This document shows positions 23,514 through 36,565 of a stretch of DNA of 64,000 bases, in pieces. Position 1 is the stretch's first letter; every line of letters begins with the position of its first letter. Made by a program: the position numbers and the translations under genes. Source of the DNA: Octopus sinensis (taxonomy: Eukaryota). The stretch is from NCBI RefSeq assembly GCF_006345805.1, contig NC_043019.1, positions 806,001-870,000 on the forward strand, in the 5' to 3' direction. The notes beneath the pieces are model-generated. The model did no database searches and had not been told where the DNA came from. It was given only the letters and a program-made list of their open reading frames with translations.

Positions 23514-24479
23514 TGCATATATGGGTACAAGACGTCACCAACAGTAAACAACATTAAATACGAAAACAAATGAGTTCAATTTGTTGAACAAAGAGAAAAT
23601 GGAAAACAGGACAAGAACGACCCTTCATCAGTTGTATATATATGTACATATTTGTATATATATGTACATATATAACATGTAAGTCTATATGTGTATGTGT
23701 ATGTATGTATACGACAGGCGTTCACACAACTTCTCTCTACCTAATTCACTGACTGACAAATCTCTAGTCAACTAGGGGTTTCAGTGGTACATAACAGTTT
23801 CCCAACGCGCTGCGCAGGGAAACGGACCCCAGTACTACATGATGGTAAAACTAGCATCTTAACCACACTGGCTTGATTGTATCTATAGTTCTTCTTACAA
23901 TATATAGATAATGCAATATTGTAGCAAAACAAAACAACTTTAGTTCGGCTGTAATATAATATATTGTTTGTCTAAACTACGTTCTTTGGCTTTCATATTT
24001 ATTAATGTCGATGCCTTTGGTAACTTATTCTAATAGTGGTTAGTTTGACGTAAACAGAGATACATGTTGCAATTCATGTTATGAATGATTTGGTTTTCTC
24101 TTATTCAATTTATATAAAATGCGTATGTAATGTATATATATGCAATTGCTCTGTTTCTATTTCTTTAATAGATGTTGTATCTGATGCACATGCTGCGAAG
24201 AATTGTATTTCTATATTAATTAGCACTTAGTCTACGTATCAGGCATTTTCACAAACACACACACACACTTATACATACATACATACATACATACATACAT
24301 ACATACCTACATACATACATATATGCATACATACATACACGCATATAAACAGAGTTAGCTGTTGTAGTAACCAACTAAGGGATAAAATATCCGTATATAC
24401 TATCAGTATCCGTTACCTGTGTTAACCGCGGGCAACGGTGTGCAAAGATACCATATACGTCGAGCGTAGGTAACAACAG

Positions 24480-24705
24480 GGCAAGCTGGCAGAAACGTTA
24501 ACACGCCGGGCGAAATGCGTAGCCGTATTTCGTCTGCCGTTACGTTCTGAGTTCAAATTCCGCCGAGATCGACTTTGCCTTTCATCCTTTCGGGGTCGAT
24601 AATTTAAGTAGCAGTTACGCACTGGAGTTGATATAATCGACTTAATTTGTTTGTCTGTCCTTGTTTGTCCACTCTGTGTTTAGCCCCTTGCGGGTAGTAA
24701 AGAAA
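24480..24705 (+). mobile_element. SINE family B
   Basis: AGCTGGCAGAAACGTTAACACGCCGGGCGAAATGC head, GAGTTCAAATTCC B box, Meta-like core and GTAGTAAAGAAATA tail. Confidence 0.9.
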
Positions 24706-25029
24706 TAAAAAACAGGGATAAACAAACGTTTATCAAGAGCCAATGCAAATAATTAGAAAATGGAGAAAAACAGATAAACCATCGCATCGATAGGACTACA
24801 ATTTAAAGCACATTTATTGATACAATGCAAGACAATACAAATTTGACAGCTGTTTCTGTTTAAAATACCTAAATGCAGTATCTGCATAAATGCGAAAATA
24901 AAATTCTTCATCTTCATATGGTATTCGAATTAAGGGAACAGATCTTCATCAGAGTGAAAAGCAATTGCATACAATATAAACAAATGGAAGAAGGAAAAGG
25001 GAATAAAACATGGTATAGACAAAATTAAA

Positions 25030-25262
25030 GCGGCGAGCTGGCAGAAACGTTAACACGCCGGGCGAAATACTTAGCGGTATTTCGTCTGCGTTACGTTGTG
25101 AGTTCAAATTCCGCCGAGGTCGACTTTGCCTTTCATCCTTTCGGGGTCGATAAATTAAGTACCAGTTACGCACTGGGGTCGATGTAATCGACTTAATACC
25201 TATGTCTGTCCTTGTTTGTCCCCTCTGTGTTTAGCCCCTTGTGGGTAATAAAGAAATAGGTA
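25030..25262 (+). mobile_element. SINE family B
   Basis: As above. Confidence 0.9.
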
Positions 25263-26162
25263 TAGACAAAAGGAATAGAAGCTCAATATGTTAAATGCAC
25301 AGAGTTATATGCAATTTAATTCCACGTAGCAATTGACATATGTAGCGAGCTTGCAGACTCATTAGCAAATGGGATACAATGCTTAGCGGTATTTCGTCCT
25401 GCTCTTTACGACTTAGGTTCCAATCATGCCGATGTCGAGTTTGTCATTCATGTTTTTGGGGTCGAAAAAATAAAGTAGCAGTCACGTACTGAGGTCGATT
25501 TCCCTTGTCCCCTATCCTCATTACTATCTCTAATTTTGACACAATGCAAGAAATTTTGAAAGACGAGTTAAGTCTATACCATCGATCCAAATACTTGATT
25601 GGTACTTTCTTCCATCAACCGCAAAATGATGATAAATATAAGGGTGGTTGACCTCGTGGGTACTGGAAATCAGAATGCAAATGGCCGGAAGAAATGCCAC
25701 TAAGTATTTTTTTTCCGGCACGCTAGATACTGTGCAAGCTCCCCGCCTTCTTCAAATTCAATGGCAACTGACCGACATCGCTTTCAGAGAAAATCTGGTG
25801 ATCGCGGTAACTTATACGCCATGGAAACTTAATAACCGGTTTTATGAGTCCTATGGCTAAACAAAGAATAGAAATAGCTGTTCTGCCTACTGCAACAAAG
25901 GAAGACGCTTATCAATTCCTTAGTGGTTTCCCTTACACTGCTTTATTACAGTATATATACTGTTCATATTAGTCAGCCTGCTGATATCATCTTCATTGTT
26001 GATTTCACTACGTTTCGGCTGTTGTGCCCTCCGCCTTCTTCATGTGTCATAAATGGAATTAGGTCGTTGTGTCGGAATTTCTAACTTCTCCTTTCATTTT
26101 ATCCAGAAGGGTAGACAGTTCCCATTTGGCTTTTTGCGCTTCGTGATATTTTTGCTTCATAA

Positions 26163-26392
26163 GGCGGCGAGCTGGCAGAAACGTTAACACGCCGGACGAA
26201 ATGCGTAGCCGTATTTCGTCTGCCGTTACGTTCAGAGTTCAAATTCCGCCGAGGTCGACTTTGCCTTTCATCTTTTCGGGGTCGATAAATTAAGTACCAG
26301 TTACGCACTGGGGTCGATGTAATCGAGTTAATCCGTTTGTCTGTTCTTGTTTGTCCCCTCTGTGTGTAGCCCCTTGTGGATAGTAAAGAAAC
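26163..26392 (+). mobile_element. SINE family B
   Basis: As above. Confidence 0.9.
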
Positions 26393-26586
26393 AGATATTT
26401 TTGCCTCAGTTGATATTTTGGGAATCACCTTGCATGTGATTGAACTGAGAACGTTTAGGTAACAGCAATGCCATAACCAACGTCTTCCTATGCTACACTA
26501 TGACCGAGGTAGTAGCAACAATTAAGATGCAAATACCAGTTCCAGTATGATAAATAGTATACATAAATACATAAATAGTATACATA

Positions 26587-26756
26587 GGCGCAGGAGTGGC
26601 TGTGTGGTAAGTAGCTTGCTAACCAACCACATGGTTTCGGGTTCAGTCCCACTGCGTGGCATCTTGGGCAAGTGTCTTCTGCTATAGCCCAGGCCGACCA
26701 ATGCCTTGTGAGTGGATTTGGTAGAGGGAAACTGAAAGAAGCCTGTCGTATATATG

Positions 26757-26787
<31 letters not shown>

Positions 26788-26992
26788 GTGTGTTTGTCCT
26801 CCTAGTATTGCTTGACAACCGATGCCGGTGTGTTTACGTCCCCGTCACTTAGTGGTTCGGCAAAAAGAGACAGATATAATAAGTTCTGGGCTTACAAAAG
26901 AATAAGTCCCGGGGTCGAGTTGCTCGATTAAAGGCCGTACTCCAGCATGGCCGCAGTCAAATGACTGAAACAAGTAAAAGAGTAAAAGAGTA
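26587..26992 (+). mobile_element. SINE family A, full length
   Basis: Same as 2297-2700. Confidence 0.9.
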
Positions 26993-27377
26993 TAATATAA
27001 TTTTCTAGTCTCAGAAATATAGAATTGCTTTTTACATAGTTTGTAAATATCTAATTATCACTTCGTGTATTGCTGAGTACTATATACAGAGCCACCTGTC
27101 TTTGTAAAGATCGAGAATACGAAATATCTTAAATACATTAAATATCTTAAATACCTTAAATATTTAATCATTGAGTATCGCTGCTCACTCAGTCCTGCGG
27201 GATATAGCAGGCAATCCAACATAAAAATGCACAGTAACGTCTTAAAAGTAGAACATATTGCCCGATGTATTTCATACCTTAGAATATCAAGATGGTCATA
27301 TATGGCAGGTTTTTGATAATGGATCTACTTGAAGTCTGATTGGCTTTAATCAACAGCTCAAATAATTTTAGATAACG

Positions 27378-27590
27378 CGGTGAGCTGGTAGAATAGTTAG
27401 CACGCCAGGCGAAATACTTAACAACATTTCGTCTGTCTTTAAGTTCTGAATTCAACTTCAGCCGATGACGGCTTAGCTTTTCATCCTACCGCAATTTATA
27501 AAATATATACCAGTTGAGTAGTGGGGTCGGCGTGATCGACTCATTCCCTCTACCGGACTTACTGGCCTTATACCAGAATTTGAAATGTTA
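27378..27590 (+). mobile_element. Old diverged SINE family B variant
   Basis: GCGGTGAGCTGGTAGAATAGTTAGCACGCCAGGCGAAAT head with a decayed core. Confidence 0.7.
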
Positions 27591-28348
27591 CTACATACTT
27601 CTCGCTCAGAGATTTAAAACTAGTTGTTTTTTTCTTTACAAGATCAGCGACTGATTGTCGCTTTAAAAGTATATACTATGTGCAAATGACGAGTAGCTAC
27701 CATCTCTAGTCAGTGGTTGTCCCGTACCGAAGAAAAGAAATAACCCAGAACTCATTTGTCTACAATTATCGCTAAGGTTAAAAAGGGGGTCATAAACGGA
27801 CGTAGACCATGTGCTGTAGCCAGCTGGAAAAGATGTTTACCTGGGGCTAAACAGTGGTAATAGCATCCTGCGCAGGATTCCATATTGTGCTGGGAAATAG
27901 ACTTTACTCTTCAGTATTGTTACTACATATTTCTCGGTCAGATATTCAAAACTAGTTGTTTTTTCTCTTTAATAAATATATAATTTTAGATATTGCATAT
28001 CTGAGCAAGATGATCATGGCTTACCGGCTTCTAAAAAATGGAGGTGATCATTGTTTCTCTAAATCAACGAGGATTAGAATAACAAGGGTATCCCTGTTTT
28101 GCCGGAGTAGGGCAAAGAGCACATGTGACATTTTGTTCGAAGACACCCATTGGTATGTTTTTTTCATTGTTGCTTAAAATATTTTCATGCATACATTGTA
28201 TGGAAAGCATTATTGTATTTTAGTTTTATAAATCTGCCGTGCATTTAATGCATTCTTTACATAAAAGCTTTACCACCGTCAACACACACACACACACACA
28301 CATTCATACATGAAAATATTTATATTCCTGTCTCTATCTATCTATCTC

Positions 28349-28380
<32 letters not shown>

Positions 28381-28394
28381 TGTATGTATGTATG

Positions 28395-28600
28395 TAGTTC
28401 ATTCATCACCACCCACACATAGAATTGATAATACTCAAAACAGCAAAGCATATACACACAGAATTCAAGCGAAACGAAATGTAGTCAATAGTAAGTGTAA
28501 ATCATACTTTCTGTACCATAGTTATGCTATAAAAAATGGAAGGTTATGGATTTAGCAAAAAGTTACTAAATGTAGTCAACATAGGAGCAAAACACAATTT
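28395..28600. repeat. Unclassified interspersed repeat (second copy at about 34205-34400)
   Basis: CACCCACACATAGAA.TGATAATACTCAAAACAGCAAAGC...GTCAACATAGGA.CAAAACACAATTT occurs at both loci. 34060-34140 also matches the reverse complement of 10330-10410. Confidence 0.8.
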
Positions 28601-29893
28601 ATATATATATAGAGAGAGGATTAAATGCAAATTATAACTTAGTTTTAGGGTAACTATTTACAATAGATTTCTTCTTGCATCAAGAATTCTGCTTGAACCT
28701 GAGTGGGAACCTTGCAAACTCTTAATATTTAAAACTTATCGTTGTGCTGCATAGCTCTTTCATGCGATTCCAAATATTTGAATATTTTTAGTATGAAGAA
28801 GATTGAAATTCTAGATAAATATGACGATGGGCTAAAACAGATAAATATTAAAAACAACTTCAGTCAACAGCGGAAGATAGCAAAAACACCCCCCCACACA
28901 CACACATGCACATACACACATACATACATACACACACCCAAAGGCACCGCTATCATCATGACCATCACCACTAGACATGCAATGATTCTCCATACAAGAT
29001 TCCGTTCAGAAGGCATTGACCATCTCGAGAATACGGGGGAAAATATTTGTCCAAATTGCCAAGGTGTAGGCTTGATCATAGAACAGTGTGGTGACAACAG
29101 AAACCTCACAACAAAATGACCATGTCTGCAACCCTGAACCATCAGCGATGCATGCATTTTAATAATTTAGTAATTAGTATTTAATGGTTTCTTCCTGTTA
29201 TGTTAATGGTTTGTAAATGGAGCTGCCTAATTACGTAACATTTAAGTATTATGTACGCGTTTAATGAATCGTGAGACGAACAATTACCTACGATATTCAT
29301 AACGAAACGGCATTAAGCGAAACAGTCTGATCCTGCAATTAAAACGTGTCACAGACACGAATCACTGGGAATTCCGTAAAATCTCTCTTAGATATATGTT
29401 CAGTTAATAGCTTAATGATCGTATCCTGTCTGTAAAATAAATGTGCAGTAAATCAAGTATAAAGACAATCGATCTACTCTGATTGCATCAGCTTTAAGCA
29501 GTTTATCGTTCGTGTAGCATTTTATTGAAATGGACGAGCAGATGTTGACTATTGCCCCCTTTCTCGAAGCTATTAATTTAACAATGGAATTGGTATTGAT
29601 TCCAATCAAATCTATATCTCAGAGATTAAAGGCTAACGGATTGCTAATGCTTAATCAGAAGCATGTTTCTTTATTATTTAATTCGAAAGTGTTGCATATT
29701 ATACAATATAATTTGCATCGATGATTATATTCTTCTCGTGATATTTGAATCAAGTAGTATCACATCTGTTCCTTGTTGTATCACATGAGCAGAATTTGCA
29801 AACTGGGGACTGCGATAAAAGTCTGTAAATTGACGTTTGTGATATTCCATAAATTCGTGCGTATGCTGTTTGGAAAACTGAAATCTAACGAAT

Positions 29894-30002
<109 letters not shown>

Positions 30003-30097
30003 TTTACGAAAAAAACAAAAGACGAAGACATGTGGTGTACAAAACAAACAGTCTTTTACGTTTATATATATATATTTATTTATACATAGATAGATAG

Positions 30098-30128
<31 letters not shown>

Positions 30129-30220
30129 AAGAGTGAGAGAGTGAGGGAGGAGAATATGCATACATACACATACATACTTATACATACATATAGATATATA
30201 CGCATACACACACATATATG

Positions 30221-30277
<57 letters not shown>

Positions 30278-30299
30278 TATAATCTAGGGTATATACGAG

Positions 30300-30695
30300 A
30301 TACTACTACGCTTTGATTTCAAGACGAAAGGGTTTCTTCCCTGAGGATAATGCTCAGTCAGATGCAGCGAAGATGATATTCCAAAGGTTGGAGCAGTTTG
30401 AATGGGAAACGCTGCCCACCCACCCTTGACTCATTTCATTATCATTTATTCGCAGCCTTGAAGATCATTTGGACGGGAAAAAATATGAAATCTGTATAAA
30501 AGGTCAGAACTGTACTAGAGGAACATTTTTTGTCACGGACAAGTGAATTTTGGAAGAGAGGCCTTACAAGTCAACAGGAAAGATGGAAGGGATTTTTGAA
30601 AATGAAGAAAATATATTTTAGATTTAAAAAGTAATTTGCTTATCTTAATTTTGAAAAATAAAATAAGTATAAAAGGCCGTATTATTTATGGCATG
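30300..30695 (+). mobile_element. Mariner transposase 3' relic
   Basis: DNAQSDAAKMIFQRLEQFEWETLP, then HLFRSLEDHLDGKK and EFWKRGL across frameshifts. Confidence 0.75.
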
Positions 30696-30799
30696 GGCCA
30701 TTGCCATTTGTATCATACTATTATTATGATAATTCTAATATATTCTTTAGCATTGCAAGACAAATCTGTGTTTTCCATTTCTTCCTCATATATATATAT

Positions 30800-30832
<33 letters not shown>

Positions 30833-30974
30833 TATACATGTATATATATATATGATATATATATATATATATCCGTAATAATGAAGGGTGAAATTAATTA
30901 ATTTGGAAAAAATTATCAATTACACCAAGTAGTCTTCGGCATGTAAAAGCCTCATTCGAGGAAAATTTAAGTAA

Positions 30975-31083
30975 TACTAAGCAATAAGGGTTTAGCAACG
31001 AGTTGCCTTACCACATACCGACTGCTATTTCTAAATTCGGTATGTGGTAAGGCAACTCGTTGCTAAACCCTTATTGCTTAGTA
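30975..31083. repeat. Perfect 47-bp inverted repeat with 15-nt loop
   Basis: 30975-31021 is the exact reverse complement of 31037-31083. One arm plus the loop recurs at 23003-23065. Confidence 0.95.
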
Positions 31084-31107
31084 TATTATATATATATATA
31101 TATATAC

Positions 31108-31232
<125 letters not shown>

Positions 31233-32094
31233 ATATATATATATATATACATACGCACATCCAAATATACACACACATGCACATGTATGAGTGGCTATAT
31301 ACAGGTACACGCCTGAAAGCAAACACACATATGAAGCTCGTATACATACATATATACATACATAAGTACAGTTATATGAATTATCATACCTAATCTTTAA
31401 TAAGACATGGTTTCTTTGTTTCTTTCGTTTATGTTTTGACACTGTCAGTGCAATACGAATTGAACCATAAATAGTGAAACGTTGAGATATGATTGCTTTG
31501 TGAGTTGAAGGTCATCGATTCGTAATATAAAACCTCATCCGCTGACTTGACATTTCAGATTGTGTAAATGAACACATATGATAGGCCAAGCGATTACAAG
31601 GTCAACGAGGTTATTCCTTTTGGTTGAAGTAGTGTAGCATAGGTTGCATCGCAGCAAAGTCTATCCGTATTGTCAGCATTATTGATGGCTATGTGTTTGC
31701 TTACATCTCAACTGAAATCAAAGCAGTTATAAATCTCCACGCCTTAAATAGATTTTCTCTGAGAATAATGAAATGACTTTAATGTTCGTTTCATGCCATG
31801 ACTTTTACATGATTAATGACGTATTCCTATGTAAAGTAAATTTCTGAGTAAACATGTAATGTACTTCTTAAAAGCTGCTCCTTGTCTCGCCAGTTACTTT
31901 TGAATTTCAAAGCTTTCTTCTATATTTGTATTTTCGATTTAATATAATGGAATGTAATAGGATAAAACATAACAAGACGAGTTATTTGGGTTAGGAGCGA
32001 TTATGCATTTAAATTGCTAGTCTTGCATTCATATTTTAACGTTTTAACAGGTTCGATTCCATTAAGTGGCTATTGACCATTGGGTATGTGATGG

Positions 32095-32476
32095 AAGCAC
32101 TCCGTCGGTTACGACGACGAGGGTTCCGGTTAATCCGAATCAACGGAACAGCCTGCTCGTGAAATTAACCTGTAAGTGGCTGAGCACTCCACAGACACGT
32201 GTACCCTTAACGTAGTTCTCGGGGATATTCAGCGTGACACAGAGAGTGACAAGGCCGGCCCTTTGAAGTACAGGTACAACAGAAACAGGAAGTAAGAGTG
32301 AGAGAAAGTTGTGGTGAAAGAGTACACCAGGGATCACCACCATCCCCTGCCGGAGCCTCGTGGAGCTTTTAGATGTTTTCGCTCAATAAACACTCATAAC
32401 GCCCGGTCTGGGAATCGAAACCGCGATCCTATGACCGCGAGTCCCCTGCCCTAACCACTAGGCCATTGCGCCTCCA
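32095..32476 (-). mobile_element. SINE family C, tail type 2
   Basis: Head is the same as 1051-1230 but the 3' region differs (…TTCACGAGCAGGCTGTTCCGTTGATTCGGATTAACCGGAACCCTCGTCGTCGTAACCGACGGAGTGC). Confidence 0.85.
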
Positions 32477-32582
32477 CTATGTGATACCTAGTAAAGGTTG
32501 TGTTTTGTACATACTTCGAGTTTAGAATGTTAAACCTGAGGTATGTAGAAAACTATAGGAAGGAGGACTTCTTACTATATAT

Positions 32583-32779
32583 TTTATCTTTTATCTTTTA
32601 CTTGTTTCAGTCATTTGACTGCGGCCATGCTGGAGCACCGCCTTTAGTCGAGCAAATCGACCCCGGGACTTATTCTTTGTAAGCCCAGTACTTATTCTAT
32701 CGGTCTCTTTTGCCGAACCGCTAAGTGACGGGGACGAAAACACACCAGCATTGGTTGTCAAGCAATGCTAGGGGGACAA

Positions 32780-32823
<44 letters not shown>

Positions 32824-32878
32824 CATATATACGACAGACTTCTTTCAGTTTCCGTCTACCAAATTCACTCACAAGGCA
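32583..32878 (-). mobile_element. SINE family A, 5'-truncated
   Basis: Reverse complement of the 3' two-thirds of family A. Confidence 0.85.
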
Positions 32879-34829
32879 TTTATATATATATATAAAATTT
32901 TAAATGAGGGTGAGAAATTAGATATTAATTTAATTAACATCGATTTCACACCAGTGTAATTGGTAGGACTGTTTTATAAGTCTGACTTTGTGTGGGCATC
33001 CTAGTATGCAGTGTCCTGCAAATTATATTCACCTTGGACCGTCGTACTGATGATCCGCGGACAATTACGTAAGTGAGATTATGTAATTTGTTGATAGTGA
33101 AACATGTATACGAATAATCTATATTTTTATTACATTTTCTTTTGTTTTCCTCGATTACGTCTTGGTTCTTTTGCTAAATTTTTCTTGAGAACATTTCCTA
33201 ATGGTGAGACCGTAGCGGATCTATTTCTAGCATATGGGTGTTCACATAGTGGTTTCCCTCTAACATATATATAAATATATATATATATATACTAGCAATG
33301 CATCCAAGTGCTGCCCGTGTGTTATGACTTACAGGCACATTGTATTATCTATTATGGGTTGAATCGGTATACCTGATATATAGTTAATGGAATTATAGAA
33401 GCTATTGTTCGTTTAATAGTGAAAGGAGAGGCTACAATTTGTATGGGTTTGCGTGAAAGTGCTTTCTGTTCTTAAGGATGATAACAAACTATGTATCGTT
33501 TCATTGTATAAAGGGGGTTAATACGATTAACCAGAAGTCACGTTTCCAAACCTTTAATTTCCCTCTATTTGTGACATCTTTCGGAAATTTAAAAGAATAC
33601 AGAGATTACGAATCTGGGATATATATTTATATTTTTTGTAGTTTAATTTAAAGAAACACTCAATACCCCTTCCTCCACCTCACCCATCCATCACCTACTA
33701 GCTTTCAAAATGCTAAAATCTCCAATTCTTTCACTTTTGTCTAATGTTTTTCTGCATGCGTAGAATTCTACTGAAATAGGTGACTTACAAAAATACCAGA
33801 CCACCACTAGAAAACCCGACATGCTAAAAACAACAGGTAAATGATATTATTTCATGAAGAAAATACCCCGCTTTCCACAAAGCTAAAAGTGAAACATTGA
33901 GAGTGTGTAGCTTTCTGAAAGTGGTTAGTTGAGTGTTACAGTTCTTAAAGGTTCGTACTCACTGTTTTTTCTCCATGGATTACCAAAAAAAAAAAAAAAA
34001 ATTGCAAGAAATTAAAAAAGTTAATTTGGTGCGGAGAGGGAGAATATTAAAGTATTGAGAACTTCATTAGATGAGGGCTCATTAAAACAGTGTAAAATGT
34101 TCTTTTCTATAGCTTACTATAGACGTAACGAACGCAGAAATACACACACGAATACACACACGCGCGTACACACACACTCACCCACACACACTCACCCACA
34201 CATACAACCACCCACACATAGAACTGATAATACTCAAAACAGCAAAGCGTATACACACAGAATTCAAGCGAAATGAAATGTAGTCAACAATAGATGCAAA
34301 ACATACTTTCTGTGCCATAGTTATGCTATAAAAAAAGGAAAGTTATGGATTTAGCAAAAAGTTACTAAATCTAGTCAACATAGGAACAAAACACAATTTC
34401 TGTAGCATATATAAAAAAATGGAAAGTCATAAATTTTGCAAAAGTTATAATAGAAAATCAAAATTTATTTGGAACATGTATTAAATGCAATAAAATTCAC
34501 GATTGAATGAATGTCACGGTGAAAAAAGTGGAAATCCAAGAAAATTCAGAAGGCATAATTCAATTTTTCATAGAAAAATTATTTATTTTACAATTTTGAA
34601 ACCAAGTGGATAGAAAGGAAGATTATGTTGTTGTGAACGTTAATCTAAAACATTTGGTGAAGGATGTATGTAACAAGATATAAATTGATTTGACAATTTT
34701 TTTAACTGTTTTTTAACTGTGTAACGTTATAGGGTGGAGAATAAATACTGACTAACGCAGCGATAAGGTTGTGCGGCGTTGATAATCACATTGACGAAGA
34801 AGCATAGGAGAATTACAAGGACTGTTATA

Positions 34830-35108
34830 AAAACAATTGAAGCGTGGAAGGTGTTTATAAGTCACTGAAGAAACACACAAAAACCGTTCGATTCACTTCA
34901 AAATTTGAATTTAATTTGTCAAAATATTTTCGTCGGTTTGAGACCGCGACCTGTTCACTGCAGCACGATGTTTTGTTAGTCAACAGCTCGCGGTCTGAAA
35001 GCGACGAAAATATTTTGACAAATTAAATAAAAATTTTTTATGTGAATCTAACGGTTTTTGTGTGTTTCTTAAATGTCATATAAACACATTCCACGCTGCA
35101 ATTGTTTT
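34830..35108. repeat. Fold-back of two head-to-head copies of the G3-C8 hammerhead-bearing repeat
   Basis: 34830-34960 is approximately the reverse complement of 34975-35108. The right arm and its flank match 5465-5650. Confidence 0.85.
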
Positions 35109-35461
35109 CGTCCCAGCACACGATCTATCTCAGATCAAGTCACTCGCTCTGCAAATACATCTCTGTTATAAAAACATTATGCTGAAACTGGTTTAGAAGG
35201 AGTGGAATAACATTTCAGTAATTATATTGAAAGAGCCACTGAGGGTTTCTACTTCACCAAGTTTCCGAATTTGTTATCATAACCACAATAACATTTTTTC
35301 AGATATATTTGCAAGAATTGAGAGTCCTATAAAATCGGCAATTCAGTTTTGAAATGCATAACGAATCTATGCGCGCACACAGACATGTAAACTGTCTTTT
35401 ATAGACATAGATATATACATATATATATATGTGTATATATATATATATGTGTGTGTATATT

Positions 35462-35522
<61 letters not shown>

Positions 35523-35529
35523 TATTATA

Positions 35530-35576
<47 letters not shown>

Positions 35577-35577
35577 T

Positions 35578-35631
<54 letters not shown>

Positions 35632-36386
35632 ACATGTTTTATATTTATATATATATCATTTTTCTCACACACACATATATATAGTATTTTTCTCACCTTC
35701 ACCGCATTCTCTCTGTCTATCTTTCCCTCTCTTTCTCCTGATTCATCTCTCGTTGCTCTTACGTGACTATCGCCCATCTTTCTTTTCTTTCTCTTCTTTC
35801 AAGGCTGTCTTAAGGAGTGGACATATCCTGTCTCTCTCTCTTATCTTTTCTTTTGTCAAAGAAAATATCTATCCAGCGTTCCTTAATTTACCGTCGTTCT
35901 GGTCTAACAACCCTCCATGTTTGTTTTCGCTCGGTTTCCTTGTATGTCTCCACTATCCTGTTTTTGTTTTCAAATTTGACCCTCCATAAATCCCATATTT
36001 TATTTTGGTATTTATGGGAGGAGCTGTTATATTGTCGAAGAGTTATATTGCCGGTCAGTGCTCCAGGTGGGGAATAGATGGACAGCCGACAACTGATGAG
36101 GGGTCTTTTTTTGTGTTAAGTGTCCTGTTTTGCATTTTTTCCTCTCGTTGTTTGCGTATTGAACTCATTTGTTTTCGTATTTCATGTTGTTCACAGTTGG
36201 TGACCCATATATACATGAATATATATATATATAAAATTATAGAGGGGTTTTAGAGTCGGTTCATGGCTGCTATTTTCAGCATGGTGGCCTAAGTTATAAT
36301 TTTAATAATTATTACATTTGAAGGTTATTTTTTCCATGCTGACCACTTGATAAGTTCGTTATTTTATTTTGAATTAACGATCTTAT

Positions 36387-36424
<38 letters not shown>

Positions 36425-36521
36425 CACGGGAAGGTTTACGAAAATAAGCAAAAGACGAAGGCAGGTGGAGTACAAACCAACAAATGTATTAGTATAGCGC
36501 TCAGGAATGGAAATAGAAAAA

Positions 36522-36565
36522 GTCTTTTACGTTTCGAGCCTACGCTCTTTGACAGAAAGATACAC
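36522..36565 (-). ncRNA. Decayed minimal hammerhead motif
   Basis: Reverse complement reads cttt CTGTCAA a gagc-gtag-gctc GAA ACGT A aaag. Stem I (cttt/aaag), stem II and the ACGT palindrome are intact, but the core is mutated. A sister fragment (tttcCGACGAAgagc, reverse complement) lies at about 52000-52015. Confidence 0.4.

Noticed and set aside
28742-28860. MKKIEILDKYDDGLKQ resembling a Tigger/CENP-B HTH N-terminus
   Set aside because: Too short and interrupted by microsatellite to support a call.
29412-29609. Minus ORF containing KGAIVNICSS, reminiscent of a short-chain dehydrogenase motif
   Set aside because: Only a short match, with no TGxxxGxG or YxxxK motifs, weak splice context and an upstream in-frame stop.
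33292-33325. ACTAGCAATGCATCCAAGTGCTGCCCGTG as a minus-strand Helitron 3' end
   Set aside because: CTAG is present but the hairpin is too degenerate and no 5' end or coding relic was identified.
36085-36200. ACAACTGATGAGGGG (similar at 23620-23640 minus and 44820-44835) as a hammerhead 5' core
   Set aside because: No closing stem II, GAAA or stem III could be found downstream in any of the three copies.
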